Positions 42,417-49,608 of a DNA stretch of 49,608 nucleotides are shown one piece after another. The stretch comes from Intoshia linei. Its lineage: Eukaryota > Animalia > Orthonectida. Both the position numbers and the translations under genes were made by a program. The first letter of the stretch is position 1, and the number at the start of each line of letters is the position of its first letter. Location: assembly GCA_001642005.1 (NCBI GenBank), contig LWCA01000132.1, forward strand, positions 1-49,608. Direction: 5' to 3'. A model generated the notes under the pieces. That model saw nothing but the letters and a program-made list of their open reading frames with translations. It was not told the origin of the DNA and ran no database searches.

Positions 42417-44107
42417 ATGTCAACGGCGGAGCCACAACCACAACATCCTAAACCTCCGAAACGGCCATTAACGCCGTATATGAGATTTAGCAAATCGGTA
42501 AATATTTTGTAATCATTATTAATATTGCCTAGATGTGGCCATCAGTTAAGTCAACTCACCAGGATCTTACGGTATGTGAAATTGGAAGTACAATTGGTAA
42601 GATGTGGCGAGGTCTCACGGACGTTGAAAAGAAAGTATACAATGATGGCTTTCTTGAGGAAAAGGTTGGTTTAAACATGGTTGTAGTAAATAATTTTTAG
42701 AAACAGTACGAAGTCATATTGGCAGATTATATGAAGGAAACTGGTTTAACCATTTCGGAAATATATAAGAGAGGAAAGAAAAAGGAAAGTTTCAAGAGGA
42801 ATAGCAATAGCCAAGCACAAATTAAGGAACACGTACGAGCTGCTTTGATGAAAGCGAAGAATAATTCAAATATTCGAAGTACTATGCAATCACAGAGTTA
42901 TCCTTCAGTTTCGAATCACATGCAGATTAACCAAAAAGATATGCAGAATAGACAATTTGCTATTCAGCAAAATCCAAATTATTGTAGAATGAACCAAGGC
43001 CAACATCCCAATAACCAACCCCAAATGCAACCGCCCAATTTTCCACAGTTTGTGATATCTGGATTTAACAATGGAATGGGTAATCCTCCTCAGCAATACG
43101 GAAATAATCCCAGACCAATGATGTATATACAGAACAATAGTATACCTAATACATGGAATGAACAATTACCTCATTTTTCGCAAATATGGACAAATCCGCA
43201 AAACAATGATTTAAATGGAACAAAGAACCAGCAGAATATGGTTACACTTCCAGGTGGACAGCAAGGTTTTATTGTACAGCAAAGGTTTAATTCTCCTAAT
43301 ATGACTCCCATGTCCATGGCTAATCAAACACCAGTGTACATTCAAACCAATCCTTCTCAAATAGCCATGCAAAATCAGCAAATAGCAATACCCTCACAAA
43401 TTCAAGGAAATGCTAAAATTCAGGCTCAGCAAGGACAACAAAATTTACAAAGAACTCAACAAATGCAACCTTCGCAAGGACAGGGTGTGCAGCGTATTCA
43501 AATTACCCCAGTGCAAGGTGGACAACAAAATAATCTTGTACAGAACGTGCAGGTAGTTAGTAATAATGGAAATAATGTGAATGTATCTCCAAATAATCAT
43601 AATACTGAATTGGAACCAAATAACCAAGTCCACATACAAAGTCAACTTCCCACGATGGTGAACCAGCAGTTTCAACCACAATATACTCAGTATTCTAATA
43701 ACATGGAAGGCCAAAATGGTAGTCAGAATATGAAAATTGAAGGGTGGACTTGGCCAATTGTATTAAATGCTGCAAATATGCAAGGTGCACCAAGTGGGGC
43801 TCCAAATCCAAACCACGTAGAAGGAAATGATAATGGACAAATAATAGTTATGCAATCTATGGTTCCAGTGCAAAATAATACTGATTATATTTATACAAAC
43901 CAAAATTCTCAGGTTAATTATTCCACAAATAATGACTCTGCTAATAAAATTATTAAAACCGAAACTGCGTCTAATTGGGTTAATAATAATTTAAACGAAG
44001 TTTCTGATGCTAGCGATGTTCAAAATTGGCAAAACACTAGTGGATATAGCCAGGTTACAATGGCTCACGATAGGAATGAAACTGAAAAGACAAAAACTGA
44101 CGTGTAA
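42417..44107 (+). CDS. SMARCE1/BAF57-type HMG-box protein with long Q/N-rich low-complexity C-terminus, 3 exons
   Basis: Two small upstream exons give PKPPKRPLTPYMRFSKSMWPSVKSTHQDLTVCEIGSTIGKMWRGLTDVEKKVY (BAF57-like HMG box), spliced in frame to ORF 42719-44107. Confidence 0.8.
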
Positions 44108-44223
44108 AATATTTAAATTCATCTATTACGCACTTTTGTTTTTAAAACCAAAAACTCGAGTATATGGTTTACATTTATCTAAAATGTGACTAATTATATA
44201 TGTGTTGTAATGTATAAATAAAT

Positions 44224-47200
44224 TTAATAGGTACATTGCATATACAATCTAGATATTCTAATCAATTCTGTGGTTACTTCATCCCATTGGTATGTTAATT
44301 TTGATGAGTTTAATTTTTTGTAAATTTCCACCTGTTCATTTATTTGCTTTACTATTGGGTTTAAAATCTAAAAAAGTATGAATTTAATTTACAAAAGGTA
44401 ACATTATAATTGTGAGAGTTGGTGGAAACTAGGATTGAGTAAAAAATCGATATACACGATAAAATCACATTTTCATCTTTTTCGGTTATAATACTGGAGA
44501 TGGCATTCATAATCTTAATATTACATTAAATGAATGTTAAATTAAAAATATATACCTCGTTCATGTTCGAATAAAAACAACTAATATTCGCGGACATTGA
44601 TTCACTCAAACACATTAATGCACTGCTTCGAATTAACCTTTTCTCAGATTTGACAATAAACATAACGTAATTAAATATTGTCGATTTGTATTTTTCAATG
44701 TTTGCTATAAATAATAAATATAAAATTCTATGTAGTCTAATTCCTCGTTAACGGAATTTTATGTTGAGTAATTTCAAGTTCAAAAATATTCAACTTCTCT
44801 AGCCTACCGCGGTGGGAAAATGGGAAACACTGTCTAAAAGTGAGCGACAAGTATTAATGAAATTTTTAATGAATCTTAATTTATTAACAAGGATTGAAAA
44901 TTTACACTGTAAGGTGTCGGTAACTGTTAGTAAAATGTATTAATGTTTTCTTGATTTACGTTTGTCGCTATTGTTAATTATTATACAAGTTTAATATGTG
45001 TTTACATCTAAAATAAAGTGTTTAGTAGATTAATATTGCACAGACAATTAACTATTTTTGACGTTATTCTGTGTCACAAAAACTATCGAAATTTTTATAA
45101 TTGATAAAAATCGTAATCCGTTAATCAGGAATTAGACTGTTATTGCAAATGTGATGAAATTATAAAATCAATTTATGGACTGGTGCTATAAAAAGTGGAA
45201 ACTCTGCCATACCATTTAAAAAGAAATTTAAACTACTACCTACAAATTACTACTGCAATGAGTTAATAATTTCGATAAATTGAAAATTACCTATTCTTCG
45301 TATGCATTTGATTAAGCATTCGTGTAATTTTATCAAATCAAAAGACAATTTGGATACATCATTGTCGTTGTTGGAACAACTATTTAGTTTGAAAGCATTC
45401 ATTTTATCAATACATGAAAAAACATTTTCAAAAAAAATCGGTAGGCATATATCCGTGTTCAATACAAACATATCTTCTATTACATTGATAGCATTTAAGA
45501 AAATGTAACTATCAGAATGGAAAAGCATACTTAAAGATTCTCTGTAAAAACAAATCAATTCATCAACTTTAATTTTTTTTAAATCAAAAGTTTTATTGGA
45601 TAAAATTTGATGTAGCATAATCAACCCTTGTCCAATATCTGGAATGCTACAACTAGATAAGCAAGTTTGTATTTTAAGGATATTTGAATCAATTTCATGG
45701 TCGTTTATAATATCTATATCTATAACAAACGGGCTTTCAGTATTGTTTGGTTTAGACAAACAAATTTTTTTGTAATTTGGATATTTGGCTTTTAGTAAAA
45801 TAATAAAATTTTCAAATTTTGGAAGATTATGTATTTTAGGTTCTACATGAATAAAATTATCTACTATACCAAAAAAAGAAGCCACGTAAAATATATCGCG
45901 TAGAAATTCATTATCTTTGTCTACAAGCGATAAAAAATCTTTGTTTTGCCTATAATCTGGGTGGTATACATCTCCAATATTGTCCAAAATTACAATTATA
46001 AGTGAAACACTTTCATCACACACTTTGTCTTGTCTTATTTTGTTAGCAAATGTTTTAACTGAATCAATAAGATATTGATATACCACATATGATTCGCTTT
46101 GTTTATCAACGAAATTCATGTTTTTTGACAATGTATAAGCAAGTTTGTGTAAAACATAATTAGGAGATACTGGGTTTTTATTAATTAAATGATTTAATTT
46201 TAACTTTTCTTCTTCTTTCGTTAATCGTTGACACACTGCAGAAAAAATATCCGACACAAAATTAGATTTGTTGTCCTTGCTACATAAAGATATTGTTTTT
46301 ACTATACCAGTCACCGTCAAATTCACATTAGAAATACAAGAACATTTCTTCAAAAAAAAAAAATTATCTGAAACGGCTATAATCATAACATGTATATCTA
46401 ATAGATTATTTAAAATATCTTTTATTCCTTCAGAACCATAATAAGAATGCAAAATATCCAAACACATTTTGGGCATATCAGTTATATTCATAACTGCTTC
46501 ATATTTATCAATTTTGTTTAGTTTAACTTTACCATGAAACATTAACACTAAAAACAAACGTAAATATTTCTTAACAAATGGGTTTAAAATAACTAAAAAT
46601 TGTTGGTTTAAATCTTTTTCATACAAAGAAACAATAATATTTCTCATGTAACATATTTCTGTGCTTATTTTGTTAAAAGAAAAATGTTCATCTAAATGTT
46701 GAAATGGAGGACTCATACTATTAACTACTTTATCAATAAGGATAATATTATTAGTAAACAAATTTTCATCGAGAAGAGATTTGGCAATTTTAGAAGAGGC
46801 GTACAATTTTTTTATAATATATCCACCCAAACACCGCATGTCTTGATAAATATTACCAAAGAAAATTGCAGATAATTGATTACAAATTGAAGTAAAATAA
46901 AATGTAGAGTCATAATATTTCGGTTTTTGAGCAATCGTATTTCCAACGGTTTGATACTTAATTTGTTTTGAAGTGAGAATAGATTGCATTGCAATGAGTC
47001 CACGTTTTTCAGTTATGATCCGAGTTATTAATGACCCAGTCATCATAATTTTAGCATTTGTCCATGCATCGCGACCATTATTTTGTTTAAATAGATTTAA
47101 AGTAGTGAAAAGTTTGGATAGGAGTTTACTAACATTCAAAAATAAGGTCCATTTATTAATCACGTTGTTCATTTTATTGTATGTATATTTTTCAATATGA

Positions 47201-47853
47201 GAATTTAATGATTTGTCAATATTGCATATTAACTGTGAAAGTAATTGAGTATTAACTAGAATAATAATAGAAAATTCCCAATTCTTCATAAGAATTGTAG
47301 CATACCACTTGCATTCTATCAAAGTTGTAAGCAATTCATTTAGTATGGCAAGTAGGAACCATTGCTGTATATAATAACTGTGATGCTCCGTCAATTCATC
47401 CAAATTCGTGGGCATTCGTTTCATTCCGCAAAATTGATCAAATAAAAAATTTAGAGCCGTATTAATTGTGGACTGGTCATATAATGAAAGATGCATTTCA
47501 ACATCTTCGATATTTTGAACGTTTAAAAAAATAGAATGTAGGCACATCATTATTAGAAATTCATCAGAATAATTATCTATATTAAAGTCTATACAATTCA
47601 AATTAATGGATGAATTATCGTTTTTATATCGAAAATCAGAGGATTCAATAATTCCATTAATAAAATGATAATTTGTCACAAAGTTATTTGGCAATTTTTT
47701 CAATGCATTGAAATTTATAAAAATTTGTTTAATTATATTATTTTTTTCATCTTCCATAATATTGTTAAGGGTATAGTAATTAATACTAGTAAATTTAATT
47801 TGATTCTTTAATAAATGAACCAAAACATTGATTATATCTAAAGAATCAACCAT
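44224..47853 (-). CDS. TANGO6: TANGO6/TMCO7 (Rtp1-like ARM/HEAT protein); 2.56-kb first exon plus 3-4 small exons
   Basis: IPDIGQGLIML, HSDSYIFLNAI, IKLHECLIKCIRRIG and downstream exon LIRSSALMCLSE resemble Rtp1 C-terminal motifs (DSYIYLSAI; RASSLANLGE). The N-terminal part is very divergent. Confidence 0.72.
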
Positions 47854-47936
47854 AATAATAATTTAAATAGAATACTAACTTTGTTGATTTACGTTTCCAT
47901 GTATAATTGTACTTTTATGAACAATTTATTTCGAAA

Positions 47937-49140
47937 TGATGATTTTGACTAATTTAGTGGTATCAGAATCAGACGAGGAATATATTATATTAGTATCAAA
48001 CATATGACTGAAACTGACGAATCTATCTCATATACAAATTGTACGTTCACTGGAAAAGATGGGGAAAGTGAATGGTATGATTTTAAAGAATCTCAAAAAG
48101 GTTGTCCTTTGATAAAGGATACAAAAAGTATTGTTAATGGATACAATATTACTATAGAAGAAGCGTTTAGACTTTTTTATACAAATATTATGGCATCAAT
48201 TGTCATTATTGTTATCAACAAACATAAAAATTGAAGCGATTTCTAAAAATTTTGGCAGAAAAACAGAAAAATTCTCAACATTCTTGCAGGGAATAGTTAT
48301 ATAATATATTCTTCTGGAAATGAACATATTCCTAGGCGGATGTATTTGAGAGAATTTGGAAAATCTATATGCCATAATCATTTAACCCTTACGAGACAAT
48401 TGCATGTATACATTCCAAAAACTACACTCATAAATTTACATTGGTTTGTATACAAACCAAAATAAAGCGGTACCAATATAAATTATGAACAAATTACTGC
48501 TCATAAAATTAATTTTATTATCACTGCTTACATTGTGTCAGCAATATAATAAATTATATTCTAATAAAATACAATCACGTGACGTGATTGTAATTACGTG
48601 TCATAAATTAAATATATTTTATTGCTAATTCTAAGCCAAATATTAAAGTCAAATTTAAGTTGTTCACTTTACAAATCAATGATATTTGAAATTTCATGAC
48701 TTTTAAGCTTTAAATTATAGTGTTTTTTATCATTTTAAAAGTGAAATTTTTTGCTTTCAATTTTGAAAATCAACATAGTCTCGTAAGGGTTAATACTTAG
48801 ATCTCAATCTATGAATAATTCAATCGGTAGTTTATAATAATTATTGAAAATTAATTTAATTTTTAAAATTGTTACCTGTTCAAAAAAGGCGAAGATGTTA
48901 TTTATGTAATTACAATGCTAAAAGAACATTTTAAGTATGCGTTTTATGTAATCAGCATATTTGCAAAAATCATGCAAATATGATTTGTAAAAAATGTTCT
49001 GAAAACCACGCCTATTAAAATAATTAAATTGTATAACAACATGTTTTATTGCTTCGTGTCACATTTTTTATTCATAAAAATCGACCCTTTTTTGGCGTCT
49101 GCGAGCGTTTACATTATAAATAAGCGCGAACACTAACGGG
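47937..49140 (+). mobile_element. Internally deleted piggyBac transposase remnant with right TIR
   Basis: Acidic N-terminus, GKDGESEW..AFRLFYT, ILAGNSYIIY..RRMYLREF and Cys-rich CRD RRRCYLC..CVLCNQHICKNH..ICKKC; ends ..AACGGG|TTAA at 49140. Left TIR not found. Confidence 0.82.
48386..48789. mobile_element. piggyBac-type MITE inserted in the piggyBac remnant
   Basis: Perfect 12-bp TIR CCCTTACGAGAC with TTAA duplicated on both sides. Confidence 0.93.
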
Positions 49141-49608
49141 TTAATCAATTTAAACCTTTTTCAGTTATTTTATAAAACATCAATTAAAATTTTTTTTTAA
49201 AAAATTTAGGGGGTGAAACTGCACCTTTGAATCCGCCCCTGTTATCATTCATAAATATACAATTTAGTGTAAGTATATAAAAATTTATAAATTTCAATGT
49301 GATGGTATTATTTTTTATAGAGATTATAAATTGTTGAAAATTTTTTTGTGATTGAAATTTGTATCGTCAAGTGAAACAAGGACACAATCATAATACCTAG
49401 TTCATTTTATCTAATCAATGATCCTAAATCAAAAATTCAAAATATAATGTTGGTCTTATCAGTTGAAATTGTGAATTGGATTTATTGATTAATTATGAAT
49501 CGAACAGACATCAGGGCAATATCCTTAATTTATCAAATGCAAGACTTTGATGAGACTTTATTTTAATGATTAACTATATTAAATTATATACAAAATGTAA
49601 CTAGGACA

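Noticed and set aside
42905-47200. Short antisense or overlapping ORFs in the ORF track (also 7445-7706, 12938-13132, 14260-14484, 31536-31748)
   Set aside because: These are shadows of real exons or transposon remnants, with no recognisable motifs.

Overview
Very AT-rich animal nuclear DNA with a compact-genome layout; this is not prokaryotic sequence. By hand-splicing I reconstruct ten multi-exon genes: cytosolic LeuRS (LARS1), a shortened neurochondrin-like gene, SAMM50, Par-6, TAF9, a Misshapen/MAP4K4-type kinase, NDUFAF5, a MATE/SLC47 transporter, a SMARCE1-type HMG-box protein with a Q/N-rich tail, and TANGO6. They contain about 90 introns, mostly 30-50 nt with weak donors. Most longer introns and intergenic gaps hold DNA-transposon debris (hAT, Tc1/Tc3, piggyBac, pogo-like MITEs, Helitron ends), often nested. 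The style fits a reduced invertebrate parasite such as the orthonectid Intoshia (inference only). Main points: (1) two introns, in TAF9 and MATE, whose best protein-preserving model ends in TG instead of AG, both TTG|GTT; (2) NDUFAF5 with an eroded SAM-binding motif; (3) LeuRS with Ala-Cys in place of the conserved Phe-Pro of the leucine pocket; (4) a BAF57-type HMG box fused to a prion-like domain. All exon boundaries are manual, not RNA-validated, and homolog sequences are quoted from memory.
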